Of a stretch of 64,000 nt of DNA, positions 35,886-46,706 are shown in pieces (within the stretch, counting starts at the first letter, position 1; each line of letters opens with the position of its first letter). Source of the DNA: an uncultured Gemmatimonadales bacterium. GTDB taxonomy: Bacteria > Gemmatimonadota > Gemmatimonadetes > Longimicrobiales > RSA9. The position numbers and the translations under genes were made by a program. The DNA is taken from NCBI GenBank assembly GCA_963783305.1, contig CAWAMW010000015.1:352001-416000 (forward strand). Reading direction: 5' to 3'. Under the pieces are notes generated by a model. That model saw nothing but the letters and a program-made list of their open reading frames with translations. It made no database searches and had not been told where the DNA came from.

Positions 35886-36314
35886 ATGATCGAAGCGAGC
35901 GGGGTCAACCACATCGGAATCGCCGTGCGGTCGCTGGACGAGCATCGGGCGTACTACGAGGACGTGCTGGGCGCCGTGTACGAGGGGACCGAGGAGGTCG
36001 CGTCGCAGAAGGTGCGGGTGGCGTTCTACCGGATCGGCGGCGGGCCGGCTCCGGTCCGGCTCGAGCTGCTGGAGCCCACATCGGACGACTCGCCGGTGGC
36101 GAAGTTCCTGGAGAAGCGGGGTGAGGGCGTGCACCACGTGGCGTACACGGTGGCGGACCTGGACGAGCGGCTCCGGGAGCTGGGGGAGGCGGGCGTGCGG
36201 CGGATCGATGAGCGCGGTCGTCCGGGCGCCCACGACATGCGGATCGCCTTTCTGCACCCCAAGAGCACGGGTGGTGTGCTGACGGAGCTCTGCGAGCCCG
36301 CGGGCGAACCCTGA
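35886..36314 (+). CDS. mce: Methylmalonyl-CoA epimerase
   Basis: HIGIAV, QKVRVAF, LELLEP, GVHHVA, FLHPKSTGGVLTEL. Confidence 0.93.
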   Translation: MIEASGVNHIGIAVRSLDEHRAYYEDVLGAVYEGTEEVASQKVRVAFYRIGGGPAPVRLELLEPTSDDSPVAKFLEKRGEGVHHVAYTVADLDERLRELGEAGVRRIDERGRPGAHDMRIAFLHPKSTGGVLTELCEPAGEP

Positions 36315-36329
36315 ACCGGAGATCCGAGC

Positions 36330-36617
36330 ATGGTTATCAAGGTGATCCTCCTGCGGCGCGTGCCCTTGGAGGTGGCCAGCGAGCTGAAGCCGCTCCTCAT
36401 GGAAATGCGGGCGCTGGCGCTGGCGCAGCCCGGCTACGTGTCGGGTGAGACGCTCATGAACGCCGACGACCCGGAGGAGTACCTGGTCATCAGCACGTGG
36501 ACGAGCATGGACCACTGGAACACGTGGCTGAGGAACCCGGAGCGGCGGATGGTCCAGCAGCAGATCGACGGCCTGCTGGGTCGTGAGACGCTCTACCAGG
36601 TCTACTACAACGCCTGA
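36330..36617 (+). CDS. ABM (antibiotic biosynthesis monooxygenase) domain protein
   Basis: [10 protein letters not shown]...YLVISTW.S...W..W. Confidence 0.85.
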   Translation: MVIKVILLRRVPLEVASELKPLLMEMRALALAQPGYVSGETLMNADDPEEYLVISTWTSMDHWNTWLRNPERRMVQQQIDGLLGRETLYQVYYNA

Positions 36618-36630
36618 CGCGGGGGCCGGA

Positions 36631-38184
36631 ATGGACGGCATGGAAGGAAGGATCGAGGACCTGCTGGAGCGCCGTCGCCGGGCCATGGAGGGGGGCGGTC
36701 AGGACCGGATCGATCGGCATCATTCGCAGGGTCGCTACACCGCACGGGAGCGTCTCGACCTCCTGCTGGACCCCGACTCCTTCGAGGAGTTCGACATGCT
36801 CGTGGAGCACCGCTGCCACGACTTCGGGCTGGAGCAGCAGAAGGTCCCGGGCGATGGCGTGGTCACGGGCTACGGCACCATCCAAGGGCGCCTCGTCTAT
36901 GTGTACGCCTTCGACGCCACGGTATTCGGCGGCTCGCTCTCGGAGACCGTGGCCGAGAAGATCTGCAAGGTGATGGACATGGCCGCGAAGAACGGCGCAC
37001 CCATCATCGGGCTAAACGACTCCGGCGGCGCCCGCATCCAGGAGGGGATCGAGAGCCTCGCCGGGTACGCCGACATCTTCCTCCGGAACGTCATGGTGAG
37101 CGGCGTGGTGCCGCAGCTGTCCGGGGTGTTCGGGCCGTGCGCCGGAGGCGCCGTGTACTCCCCCGCCCTCACCGACTTCACCGTGATGGTGGAGGGCAGC
37201 TCGTACATGTTCCTCACGGGCCCGAAGGTCGTGAAGTCGGTGACCCACGAGGACGTGGACACGGAGACGCTGGGCGGCGCGGCCGTGCATACGACCCGGA
37301 GCGGTGTGGCGCACAGGGCGGAGCCCACGGAGGAGGCGGCGATCGAGCGGCTGAAGCAGCTGCTGTCGTACATGCCATCGAACAACCTGGGGACGCCGCC
37401 GCGCCTGGACGTGGTCGACCCGGTCGACCGGGAGGTCGAGAGGCTCGCCGAGCTGGTGCCGGACGACCCCAACCAGCCGTACGACATGCGCGAGGTCATC
37501 GCCGGCACGGTAGACGATGGTGAGATGCTGGAGATCCAGCCAGGATGGGCGCCCAACCTGGTGGTGGGATTCGCGCGCTACGGCGGGATTCCCGTCGGGG
37601 TCGTGGCCAACCAGCCCATGCACCTGGCGGGCGTGCTCGACAACGACGCTTCGATGAAGGGCGCCCGCTTCGTCCGGTTCTGCGACTGCTTCAACATCCC
37701 GGTGGTCACCTTCGTCGATGTGCCCGGGTTCATGCCGGGCACCACGCAGGAGTATGCCGGCATCATCCGCAACGGCGCCAAGCTGCTCTACGCCTACGCC
37801 GAGGCCACGGTCCCGAAGGTGACCGTGACCACGCGCAAGGCCTACGGCGGCGCCTACTGCGTCATGAGCTCGAAGCACCTGCGCGGCGACGTGAACTACG
37901 CGTGGCCGGGCGCCGAGATCGCCGTCATGGGCGCCCGGGGCGCGGTGGGGATCCTCCACGGCCGCGCCCTGAAGGATGCCGAGGATCCCGCCACGCTGGC
38001 GCGGGAGAAAGAGGCGGAGTACGCCGAGCGGTTCGCCAACCCGTACGCGGCGGCGCGCCGCGGCTACCTGGACGCGGTGATCCGGCCCGCCCAGACGCGG
38101 ATCCGCATCTGCAAGTCGCTCCGGGTCCTCGAAAACAAGCAGGACGCCAACCTGCCGAAGAAGCACGGCAACATCCCGCTCTGA
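36631..38184 (+). CDS. mmdA: Carboxyltransferase; methylmalonyl-CoA decarboxylase alpha subunit
   Basis: [42 protein letters not shown]. Confidence 0.9.
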   Translation: MDGMEGRIEDLLERRRRAMEGGGQDRIDRHHSQGRYTARERLDLLLDPDSFEEFDMLVEHRCHDFGLEQQKVPGDGVVTGYGTIQGRLVYVYAFDATVFGGSLSETVAEKICKVMDMAAKNGAPIIGLNDSGGARIQEGIESLAGYADIFLRNVMVSGVVPQLSGVFGPCAGGAVYSPALTDFTVMVEGSSYMFLTGPKVVKSVTHEDVDTETLGGAAVHTTRSGVAHRAEPTEEAAIERLKQLLSYMPSNNLGTPPRLDVVDPVDREVERLAELVPDDPNQPYDMREVIAGTVDDGEMLEIQPGWAPNLVVGFARYGGIPVGVVANQPMHLAGVLDNDASMKGARFVRFCDCFNIPVVTFVDVPGFMPGTTQEYAGIIRNGAKLLYAYAEATVPKVTVTTRKAYGGAYCVMSSKHLRGDVNYAWPGAEIAVMGARGAVGILHGRALKDAEDPATLAREKEAEYAERFANPYAAARRGYLDAVIRPAQTRIRICKSLRVLENKQDANLPKKHGNIPL

Positions 38185-38185
38185 C

Positions 38186-38545
38186 ATGGAGAACGTCATG
38201 GCAGGGGACGGTTTCGGGCTCGCGGCGGCGGGGATGCTGGTGGTAGTCACGGGGCTCGTGCTCATCAGCCTCTTCATCGCGCTGCTCCCGAAGCTCTTCG
38301 ATGGGGGCGCCGCGCTGCTCCGCCGCTGGCGAGCGCGGCCCGGACCCGCGCGGGCCGCGGCGGAGGAGCGCGCGCCGCAGCTCGCCATGGACCCCTCGCT
38401 CCTGGCGGCCATCGGGATGGTGCTGGAGGCGGAGCGGGCGCGGGAGCTTTCTCAGGACCGGCAGCGGATCACGCTGCGCGATGACACCGAGCAGAGGGTG
38501 TGGACCGCCATCGGCAAGATGCGGACACTGTCGACGAGGCTATAG
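38186..38545 (+). CDS. mmdD: OadG/MmdD family subunit
   Basis: N-terminal TM helix, LAAI segment, W..IGK; position in the operon. Confidence 0.8.
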   Translation: MENVMAGDGFGLAAAGMLVVVTGLVLISLFIALLPKLFDGGAALLRRWRARPGPARAAAEERAPQLAMDPSLLAAIGMVLEAERARELSQDRQRITLRDDTEQRVWTAIGKMRTLSTRL

Positions 38546-38550
38546 AGGGC

Positions 38551-39003
38551 ATGCGGCGCTACGAGCTGGAGGTCAACGGGAAGGCGTTCACCATTACCGT
38601 CCGGGAGTTCTCGGGCGATCACGCGGAGCTCGAGATCGATGGCGAGCGCTATGCCGTCCGGGTGGATGACGTGGTCTCCGACGGCCCGAAGACATCGCCG
38701 GTCCAACCCACGAAGTCGCTGGCGGCCGCCGGTGAGAAGGCGGCCGCGGCCGGGGCGGCGCACGCGCCAGCGGTGGGGCCTGGCGGACTCACGGGGGCCG
38801 TGCTGGCGCCCATCCCCGGCCAGATCCTGGAGATCCTGGTCTCCGAGGGAGATGAGGTGCAGGCGGGGAAGCCCCTCCTGGTCATGGAGGCGATGAAGAT
38901 GGAGAACGTCATCAACGCCCCTACCGCCGGCACGGTGGGCCCGATCATGGTCCGCACCGGGGATGCCGTGACACAGGGGCAGGAGCTGCTGGTCATCGCC
39001 TGA
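38551..39003 (+). CDS. mmdC: Biotin carboxyl carrier subunit
   Basis: EAMKM biotinylation motif, Ala/Pro-rich linker. Confidence 0.92.
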   Translation: MRRYELEVNGKAFTITVREFSGDHAELEIDGERYAVRVDDVVSDGPKTSPVQPTKSLAAAGEKAAAAGAAHAPAVGPGGLTGAVLAPIPGQILEILVSEGDEVQAGKPLLVMEAMKMENVINAPTAGTVGPIMVRTGDAVTQGQELLVIA

Positions 39004-40130
39004 TGAAGACCCTCCTCGACTTCCTGGGCCAGAGCGGGTTCGCCAACGTATCGGCCGGCAACCTGCTCATGATCGCCATTGGCGCGGTCTTCATCTCCCT
39101 GGCCATCATCAAACGCTACGAGCCGCTCCTGCTGCTCCCCATCGGCTTCGGCGTGATCGTCGGGAACGTGGCGGTCATCCCGGGCATGAACCTGAGCGCG
39201 TACGACCCGGGCAGCGTCCTCTACTACCTGTACCTGGGCGTCTCCCAGGGCGTGTACCCGCCCCTCATCTTCCTCGGGATCGGGGCGATGACCGACTTCT
39301 CCACGCTCCTCTCGAACCCGAAGCTGGTGCTCCTCGGCGCCGCTGCCCAGGTCGGCATCTTCCTCACGCTCATCGGCGCGCTCTACCTCGGCTTCACCCC
39401 CGCGGAGGCCGGCGCCATCGGGATCATCGGCGGCGCCGACGGCCCGACGGCCATCTTCCTCGCCTCCCAGATCGCCCCTCACCTGCTCGGCGCCATCGCC
39501 ATCGCCGCCTACTCCTACATGGCCCTCGTACCGGTGATCCAGCCGCCCATCATGACGCTGCTGACCACGCGGGCGGAACGACGGATCCGGATGGCACCAC
39601 CGCGGAAGGTCTCCAGGCGCGAGAAGATCGTCTTTCCGATCGGCACGTTCGTCATCACGGCGCTGATCGCCCCCGGCTCCATCGTGCTCATCGGCATGCT
39701 CATGTTCGGCAACCTGCTGAAGGAGAGCGGCGTAACCGAGCGGCTGGCGCAGACCGCCCGGACAGGGCTCATCGACATCGTCACCATCCTGCTCGGCTTC
39801 TCCGTGGGAACCAGCACACAGGCCCAGACGTTCCTCACCGCACAGTCGCTCGGCATCTTCGCCCTCGGCGCCCTCTCCTTCGCCATTGCCACCGCGTCGG
39901 GCGTCCTGGCCGCGAAGGGCATGAACCTGTTCCTCCACGACAAGATCAACCCGCTCATCGGTGCCGCGGGCGTTTCCGCGGTCCCCGACTCCGCCCGCGT
40001 CGTACAGCACGTCGGACAGAAGGAGGACCCGGACAACTTCCTCCTCATGCACGCCATGGCCCCGAACGTCGCGGGCGTGATCGGATCCGCCATCGCGGCC
40101 GGTGTGCTCTGGGCCGTACTCGTCGTCTGA
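39003..40130 (+). CDS. mmdB: Na+-translocating decarboxylase beta subunit
   Basis: EPLLLLPIGFG, GIIGGADGPT, GVSAVP, NVAGVIGSA. Confidence 0.95.
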   Translation: MKTLLDFLGQSGFANVSAGNLLMIAIGAVFISLAIIKRYEPLLLLPIGFGVIVGNVAVIPGMNLSAYDPGSVLYYLYLGVSQGVYPPLIFLGIGAMTDFSTLLSNPKLVLLGAAAQVGIFLTLIGALYLGFTPAEAGAIGIIGGADGPTAIFLASQIAPHLLGAIAIAAYSYMALVPVIQPPIMTLLTTRAERRIRMAPPRKVSRREKIVFPIGTFVITALIAPGSIVLIGMLMFGNLLKESGVTERLAQTARTGLIDIVTILLGFSVGTSTQAQTFLTAQSLGIFALGALSFAIATASGVLAAKGMNLFLHDKINPLIGAAGVSAVPDSARVVQHVGQKEDPDNFLLMHAMAPNVAGVIGSAIAAGVLWAVLVV

Positions 40131-40238
40131 CCCGCATCGCTCCCCGATCCCCCGCCATCTGGTCCCCGAACCACTCCAAGCCTACCTTCTGATCGGACCA
40201 CCTGACACGCCCACTGACCCGACGACGGAGCCGGGACC

Positions 40239-43200
40239 ATGATTTCGCGTACCACGCATCTCCTCGCGGCCGCACTCACCACGCTGCTGCTCCTGCCGAC
40301 CATGGCGCCCGCGCAGGACGCCGACACCCGGCTGCTGCGGTTCCCCCACGTCCACGGCGACCAGGTCGTCTTCACCTACGCCGGTGATCTCTACACCGCG
40401 GCACTGACCGGCGGCACGGCCACGCGCCTGACCTCCCACCCGGGCCTGGAGATCTTCGCGCGATTCAGCCCCGACGGCCGCTGGATCGCCTTTTCCGGCG
40501 AGTACGCGGGCACCCGCCAGATCTACCTGATCCCCGCCACGGGCGGTACGCCCAGGCAGCTCACCTTCTATCCCGATGTCGGCCCCATGCCGCCCCGCGG
40601 AGGCTTCGACAACCTGGTCGTGGACTGGACACCCGACGGGTCGAAGATCCTGATCCGCGCCAACCGCACCCCCTTCGGCGAGCGCGTGGGCCGCTACTAC
40701 CTGGTGGACCCGTTCAACGGCGGCCTCGAGCAACCCCTCGAGATCCCGGAGGGGGCCACCGGCGCCACGTTCGACGCCACCGGGACGAAGCTGGCGTACA
40801 ACATCAAGGGGCGTGAGTGGCGCCACTGGAAACGCTACACGGGCGGCCGCCAGCAGGATGTCTGGATCTACGACCTCGCCGAGCACTCGAGCCGGCGCAT
40901 CACCGACTACACCGGCACCGACAACTTCCCGCTCTGGGTCGGCGACGACATCTACTTCACCAGCGATCGCGGAACGGACCGCAAGCTGAACCTGTGGAAG
41001 CACGACACCGCCACGGGCGCGCTCACCCAGGTGACCCGGCACGACGACTTCGACGTGCTGTGGCCGAGCCGCGGACAGAACGGGATCGTCTACCAGAGCG
41101 GCGGCTGGATCTGGCACCTCGACCCCGCCACCGACCGGAGCCGGAAGCTCTCCATCGCCGTGACCGGCGACCGACCGTACGCCCAGCCGCACTGGACCAA
41201 TGTGGCCGACAACGTCGAGTCGTTCGACCTGTCCCCCAGCGGCAAGCGCGCGGTCTTCGGCGCGCGCGGTGAGATTTTTACCGTGCCCGCCGAGCACGGC
41301 AACACCCGCAACCTGAGCGACACCGACGCCCGGGAACGCGCCGTCACGTGGGCGCCCGACGGCCGCTGGATCGCCTACCTCTCCGACGCCACGGGCGCGT
41401 ACGAGCTCTACGTCCGCCCCGCCGACGGCGCCGGCGTGCCGCGCCAGCTCACCATGGGCGGCGAGAGCTGGATGTCCGACCCGCGCTGGTCGCCGGACTC
41501 CCGCTGGATCGCGTGGTCGGACCAGCAGAATCGGCTCCGGGCCGTGGACCTCCAGGGCGGCGGGATCCGCGCCATCGATGAGACCACCACGAGCCGCCTG
41601 AACGACTTTACCTGGTCCCCGGACTCCCGCTGGATCGCCTATTCGAAGAGCGGCGAGAACAGCATGAACAGCGTCTGGCTCTACTCCTTCGACCAGGGTC
41701 GGACCACCCGCGTAACCAGCAACATGACCGATGAGTACGGCCCCGCGTTCGACCCGGGCGGCCGCTACCTCTATTTCGTCTCCGCGCGCGATTTCAATTA
41801 CGGCGATCGCGACTTCGACGCCCGCATCTTCGCCGCCACGCTCCGGCGCGACCTGCCCCACCCGTTCCCGCCCCGGAGCGATGAGGAGCCGGGCGCGCGG
41901 CCGGACGCGGACGCGGAGACGGCCGACAGCTCCACGGGGAGCGGGTCGAAGGCCGCCGCGTCCGATCCGATCCGGATCGACCTGGCCGGCCTCGGCGACC
42001 GCGTCGTCGCGCTCCCGGACCTCGAGCCCGGCCGCTACTACGGCCTGACCGGCACGAAGGACGGCCTCCTCTACATGAGCGGGGCTACCCTGCACCGCTT
42101 CGAGCTGACGTCGCGGAAGTCGGAGAAGGTGCTGGAGGGGATCGGCGGCTACGCCATCACCCCTGACGGCACGAAGCTGCTGTTCCGGAAGGGCGACGAC
42201 TACGGCATCGTCGACGTGAAGCCCGATCAGAAGACAGACAAGACGCTCGACCTGTCCGGCATGCGCATGCGCGTGGACCCCCGCACCGAGTGGGCCCAGA
42301 TCTACCACGACGCCTGGCTCATCATGCGCGACTGGTTCTACGACCCCGGGCTCCACGCCGTGGACTGGGACGCCATATACGAGAAGTACCGTCCGCTCGT
42401 CGACCACGTGGCGCACCGCGCCGATCTCGACTTCATCCTGGCCGAGCTGGTGGGCGAGATGAACGTTGGACACGCGTACGTGAACTCGTCGCCGGAGCAG
42501 CCCGGTCCCGACCGCGTCCCCGTGGGACTGCTGGGCGCCGAGCTCGAGCCGGCGGGCGAGCGGTACCGCATCGCCACCATCTTCCCCGGCGAGAACTGGC
42601 ACGAGGAGTTCCGGTCCCCGCTCACGGAGCCCGGCATCGAGGTGGCCGAGGGTGACTACCTGATCGCCATCGACGGCGAGCCCGTCACCACCGCGGACAA
42701 CCCGTACCGGTTCCTGGTGAACAAGGCCGACCGGACCGTCGAGATCACCGTCAGCGACCGGGCCGACGGCGGGAGCCCCCGGAGCTACCAGGTGCGCCCC
42801 GTCGAGAGCGAGCTGGGGCTCCGCTACCAGCAGTGGGTCGCCGAGAACGCCGCGCTGGTCGACAGCCTGTCCGGCGGCCGCATCGGCTACATCCACCTGC
42901 CCAACACCGCCGTGCCGGGCCACCGCGAGCTCTTCGAGGGGTTCCGGCCCCTCCACCGCAAGGACGCGCTGATCCTCGACGACCGCTACAACGGTGGCGG
43001 GTTCATCCCCGAGGAGATGGCCTTCATGCTCGGTCAACCGCTCCTCAACTACTGGTCGCGCCGCAACCTCGACCTGTACTCGCAGCCGGCGGCGGTGCAC
43101 ACCGGCCCCAAGGCCGTGCTGATCAACGGCCAGGCCTCCTCCGGCGGCGACGCGTTCCCCTACTACTTCAGGCGACTCGGCCTCGGACCCCTCATCGGAG

Positions 43201-43496
43201 AGCGCACCTGGGGCGGCCTCGTCGGGATCAGCGGGAACACCGGCTTTGTCGATGGGGGTAGCATCTTCGTACCCGTCTTCGGCTTCGTGGACGCGGAGGG
43301 CGAGTGGGCCGTCGAGGGAACCGGCGTTTCGCCCGACATCGAGGTGCTCGACCGCCCGGAAGAGATCGCCGCGGGCCGCGAGCCCATCATCGAGCGCGCC
43401 GTACAGTACCTGCTCGAGGAGCTCGAGAAGCCCCAGTACCAGCGCCCGGCCACGCCGGTCGGACCGCAGCGAGGCCATCCCGGCGGAGGGTCCTGA
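40239..43496 (+). CDS. Tricorn protease homolog (S41)
   Basis: Signal peptide, PD40 (WSPD) repeats, PDZ, RYNGGG, SGGD, GERTWGG. Confidence 0.93.
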   Translation: MISRTTHLLAAALTTLLLLPTMAPAQDADTRLLRFPHVHGDQVVFTYAGDLYTAALTGGTATRLTSHPGLEIFARFSPDGRWIAFSGEYAGTRQIYLIPATGGTPRQLTFYPDVGPMPPRGGFDNLVVDWTPDGSKILIRANRTPFGERVGRYYLVDPFNGGLEQPLEIPEGATGATFDATGTKLAYNIKGREWRHWKRYTGGRQQDVWIYDLAEHSSRRITDYTGTDNFPLWVGDDIYFTSDRGTDRKLNLWKHDTATGALTQVTRHDDFDVLWPSRGQNGIVYQSGGWIWHLDPATDRSRKLSIAVTGDRPYAQPHWTNVADNVESFDLSPSGKRAVFGARGEIFTVPAEHGNTRNLSDTDARERAVTWAPDGRWIAYLSDATGAYELYVRPADGAGVPRQLTMGGESWMSDPRWSPDSRWIAWSDQQNRLRAVDLQGGGIRAIDETTTSRLNDFTWSPDSRWIAYSKSGENSMNSVWLYSFDQGRTTRVTSNMTDEYGPAFDPGGRYLYFVSARDFNYGDRDFDARIFAATLRRDLPHPFPPRSDEEPGARPDADAETADSSTGSGSKAAASDPIRIDLAGLGDRVVALPDLEPGRYYGLTGTKDGLLYMSGATLHRFELTSRKSEKVLEGIGGYAITPDGTKLLFRKGDDYGIVDVKPDQKTDKTLDLSGMRMRVDPRTEWAQIYHDAWLIMRDWFYDPGLHAVDWDAIYEKYRPLVDHVAHRADLDFILAELVGEMNVGHAYVNSSPEQPGPDRVPVGLLGAELEPAGERYRIATIFPGENWHEEFRSPLTEPGIEVAEGDYLIAIDGEPVTTADNPYRFLVNKADRTVEITVSDRADGGSPRSYQVRPVESELGLRYQQWVAENAALVDSLSGGRIGYIHLPNTAVPGHRELFEGFRPLHRKDALILDDRYNGGGFIPEEMAFMLGQPLLNYWSRRNLDLYSQPAAVHTGPKAVLINGQASSGGDAFPYYFRRLGLGPLIGERTWGGLVGISGNTGFVDGGSIFVPVFGFVDAEGEWAVEGTGVSPDIEVLDRPEEIAAGREPIIERAVQYLLEELEKPQYQRPATPVGPQRGHPGGGS

Positions 43497-43597
43497 ACCG
43501 GAATCCGGAGGCGCGGAACAACCGAGCGAAGGGACGGCCGGGGCCAGAGGAGCGGCCGGTGTCAAAGGAGCGGCTGGAGGGAAAGAAACAGCTGAAG

Positions 43598-43752
43598 CGA
43601 AGGAACGAAGAAACGAAGGAGCGAAGGAGCGAAGATCGGGCTCCAGGGCGGATCCATCCGCCTCAGCCACTCGGATCCCTGGTTTTAATTTGTTTGTTCC
43701 TGTTTTCTGATACTTCGTTTTTCTTCGTGTTCTTCGTTCCTTCGTTCCGTCG
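43598..43752. repeat. Inverted arrays of a short (about 8-bp) repeat, CGAAGGAA then CTTCGTTC
   Basis: About 4.5 units at 43598-43634 and complementary units at 43713-43752. Confidence 0.7.
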
Positions 43753-43822
43753 ATCCTGCTGTTTGCTGAAGGACACTGGGATCGTTGCCAGATGTGAGTC
43801 CAACTGAGCCGACAAAGATGAC

Positions 43823-45523
43823 ATGAGCCGATTCCCGTTGCTGCCCGCCCTGGCGGTGGTCCTCCTGCTGGCCGGCGGCGCGACCGCCCAGTCCACGCCG
43901 CCCTTCGATCGTGCGGACACGCTCCGCGGCTCCATCACGGCCGAACGCGCCTGGTGGGACGTCTCCTTCTACGACCTCCACGTTTCGGTGATGCCTGCGG
44001 ACAGCACGATCCGGGGCCGGACCGGAATCGTCTACCGCGTGCTGGAGCCCGGCACCACCTTGCAGATCGACCTCCAGCAGCCGCTGGTGGTGGACAGCGT
44101 CGCACGGCGCGGTCGCGCGCTCGAGTACCGCCGGGACGGCAACATCGTGTGGGTCGATGTGCCCCGCGCCGCGGCCGGTGACCTCGACACCGTCACCGTC
44201 CACTATCATGGAGCGCCGCGCGTAGCCGTGAACCCACCCTGGGACGGCGGCTTCGCGTGGGCCGCCGACAGTCGCGGCCAGCCGTGGATCGCCACCGCCA
44301 ACCAGGGCCTCGGCGCCAGCGTATGGTGGCCGAACAAGGACACGCAGGCCGACGAGCCCGATAGCCAGCGCATCGCCATCACCGTGCCGGACCCGCTGGT
44401 GAACGTCTCCAACGGCCGGCTCCGCTCCGTCACACCCCACCATGACGGCACCACCACATGGGAGTGGTTCGTCACCGCGCCCATAAACAACTACGACGTG
44501 GCGGTGAACGCGGGAGACTACACCCACTTCGGCGAGATCTTCGAGGGGGAGAACGGACCGCTGACGCTGGACTTCTGGCCACTGACCCACAACCTCGAGG
44601 CCGCGCGCCGGCAGTTCACGCAGGTGGCCGTCAACCTCGCCTGCTTCGAGCACTGGTTCGGCCCGTTCCCGTGGTACGAGGACGGCTATACGCTCGTGGA
44701 GACCCCGCACCTGGGGATGGAGCACCAGAGCGCCGTCGCCTACGGAAACCGGTACATGAACGGCTACCTGGGTCGCGACCTCTCCGGCACCGGTCTCGGG
44801 CTCGAGTGGGACTTCATCATCGTGCACGAGAACGCCCACGAGTGGTGGGGCAACAGCATCACCACCGCCGACATTGCCGACATGTGGGTGCACGAGTCCT
44901 TCGGCAACTACGCCGAGTCGCTCCACACCGAGTGCCTGCGCGATACCGAAGCCGGCGCTCGCTACGTCCGCGGCACCCGGGCCGCCATCCAGAACGACCG
45001 CTCCATCATCGCCGCGTTCGGCGTGAACGCCGAGGGCTCCGGCGACATGTACTACAAGGGCGGGAACATGCTCCACACCATCCGCCAGATCGTCCAGGAC
45101 GACGACCGCTGGCGCGGGATTCTGCGCGGGATCCAGGCCACGTTCCGGCACAGCATCGTCACGGGGGACCAGGTGCGGGCGTACATGAGCGAGCACGCCG
45201 GGATCGACCTGGACCCGGTCTTCCGCCAGTACCTCACCACCACCGACATTCCGGCACTCGAGCTGCGCGTGGAGGACGCGGGGCTCGCCTACCGGTGGGC
45301 GGACGCGGTGGAGGGGTTCGACATGCCCGTGGACGTGCGGGTGAGGGACGGCGTCTGCACCCGGCTCCGCCCCACCACCTCCTGGCAGACGGCCGCTGTA
45401 GGGGCCGTGGACGCCGAGGCGCTGGACGCGGACCGCGACTATTACGTCCGCGTCAGAAAGCTGACCGGTGACCCGGCCGCCGACCGCGCGACCGCCACCG
45501 TGGCCGGCGGGGTCTGCCGCTAG
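43823..45523 (+). CDS. M1 family aminopeptidase, secreted
   Basis: GMEHQ, HENAHEW and downstream WVHE; signal peptide. Confidence 0.92.
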   Translation: MSRFPLLPALAVVLLLAGGATAQSTPPFDRADTLRGSITAERAWWDVSFYDLHVSVMPADSTIRGRTGIVYRVLEPGTTLQIDLQQPLVVDSVARRGRALEYRRDGNIVWVDVPRAAAGDLDTVTVHYHGAPRVAVNPPWDGGFAWAADSRGQPWIATANQGLGASVWWPNKDTQADEPDSQRIAITVPDPLVNVSNGRLRSVTPHHDGTTTWEWFVTAPINNYDVAVNAGDYTHFGEIFEGENGPLTLDFWPLTHNLEAARRQFTQVAVNLACFEHWFGPFPWYEDGYTLVETPHLGMEHQSAVAYGNRYMNGYLGRDLSGTGLGLEWDFIIVHENAHEWWGNSITTADIADMWVHESFGNYAESLHTECLRDTEAGARYVRGTRAAIQNDRSIIAAFGVNAEGSGDMYYKGGNMLHTIRQIVQDDDRWRGILRGIQATFRHSIVTGDQVRAYMSEHAGIDLDPVFRQYLTTTDIPALELRVEDAGLAYRWADAVEGFDMPVDVRVRDGVCTRLRPTTSWQTAAVGAVDAEALDADRDYYVRVRKLTGDPAADRATATVAGGVCR

Positions 45524-46680
45524 CCGGCTTCGGCGCGCTCCTCGTCGTCCTGCCGCCTCGAGGGCAGGGACAGGGCGAAGATGGCGCCACCGGGGTCGGA
45601 CGCCGGCTCCGCCCACGTCCGGCCGCCCACCGCGGCAATGATGTCGCGCGCGAAGCGCAGCCCCACGCCGCGCTCGCCTTCCTGCCCGCCCACATCGGCC
45701 GCCAGGCGCGTGATGTCGTCGGCGGGCTCCACTCGGGGGCCCGTATTCCGAACCTGCACCACCACCCGCTCCTCTTCCGGCTCCACCCGTCCCGTCACTT
45801 CCACCGAGCACTCCCCGTCCACTTCGGTGCAGTGTCGCAGAGCGTTGGTCAGGTACACCACCAGACACTGCTCGACCTGCGCACCCGGTACTTCCACCGA
45901 TGGGAACGAATCCGCCACGCGGACGGCCACGCCGGAGTTCGCGGCAATGGGTCGGACCCGCCGCACCGACTCGCGCACGACCCCCCGGAGCGGCACACCG
46001 CGTCGCCGTGAAGAGAGCCCCGCGTCCGCCAGCTCCCGCAGGTCGTGCAGTCGACCCGTAAGGGCCCGCATCGCCTCCTGCTCCGACCCGCCATCCAGCG
46101 CCGCTGCCATTCGCTCGTCCACCGTCCCGATCATGTCGCGAATCAACCGGAGCCGCTGGTCCATGTCGTGCTTGCCCTGCTCCAGCAGGGCGATGTGCCG
46201 GGCGGCGGTCGCCTGCTGGACCTTCGACAGCGCACGGTGGATCCGGTGGCTCACGGTCATGATGTCGTCGGGCTCCGGCGTGAACCCGAGGCGGGTCACC
46301 TTCTGGCTGAGATGCGACAGGATCACTCCGCCCAGGATCTCGAACTCCTTCAGCACCTGGTACGTCGAAAAGCCCTGCTCGTACCGCATCTCACCCAGCT
46401 CGGCCGCCTTCGCCAGCACCGCGTCCGCCGCCGTGCCCTCCTCCGACGGGTCCTCCATGAACTCCGCGATGGCGTCGATCAGCAGCGGGACGTGGTCCAG
46501 GAGCGCCTCGGACGGGAACACCTGCTCGTGCTCGAGCTCCACCCGCTCCTGGATCCGCTCCAGCCAGCGGTAGGTGACGCTCGCCCGGGAGTCACGGAGG
46601 CTACGCGCCAGCGGGCCCGCCACCTCCATGGCGACCTCTCGCTCGCTGAACTCCGTGTCCTCTTCCGCCTTGTTTTCCAT
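45520..46680 (-). CDS. RsbRD-N/HATPase histidine-kinase-like protein, degenerate
   Basis: RWLERI..LLDH.P, LG.MRY.QGF; N-box LTNALRH and G2 GVGL; no H-box His. Confidence 0.75.
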   Translation of the reverse strand: MENKAEEDTEFSEREVAMEVAGPLARSLRDSRASVTYRWLERIQERVELEHEQVFPSEALLDHVPLLIDAIAEFMEDPSEEGTAADAVLAKAAELGEMRYEQGFSTYQVLKEFEILGGVILSHLSQKVTRLGFTPEPDDIMTVSHRIHRALSKVQQATAARHIALLEQGKHDMDQRLRLIRDMIGTVDERMAAALDGGSEQEAMRALTGRLHDLRELADAGLSSRRRGVPLRGVVRESVRRVRPIAANSGVAVRVADSFPSVEVPGAQVEQCLVVYLTNALRHCTEVDGECSVEVTGRVEPEEERVVVQVRNTGPRVEPADDITRLAADVGGQEGERGVGLRFARDIIAAVGGRTWAEPASDPGGAIFALSLPSRRQDDEERAEAG

Positions 46681-46706
46681 ATTCAAGTCCGCTGTCGGTT
46701 CGTCCT

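Noticed and set aside
40182..43670. Long antisense ORFs (1162 aa here; also 10397..12733, 22561..24522, 43685..45868, 58940..60916)
   Set aside because: Shadow frames of well-supported high-GC genes on the opposite strand
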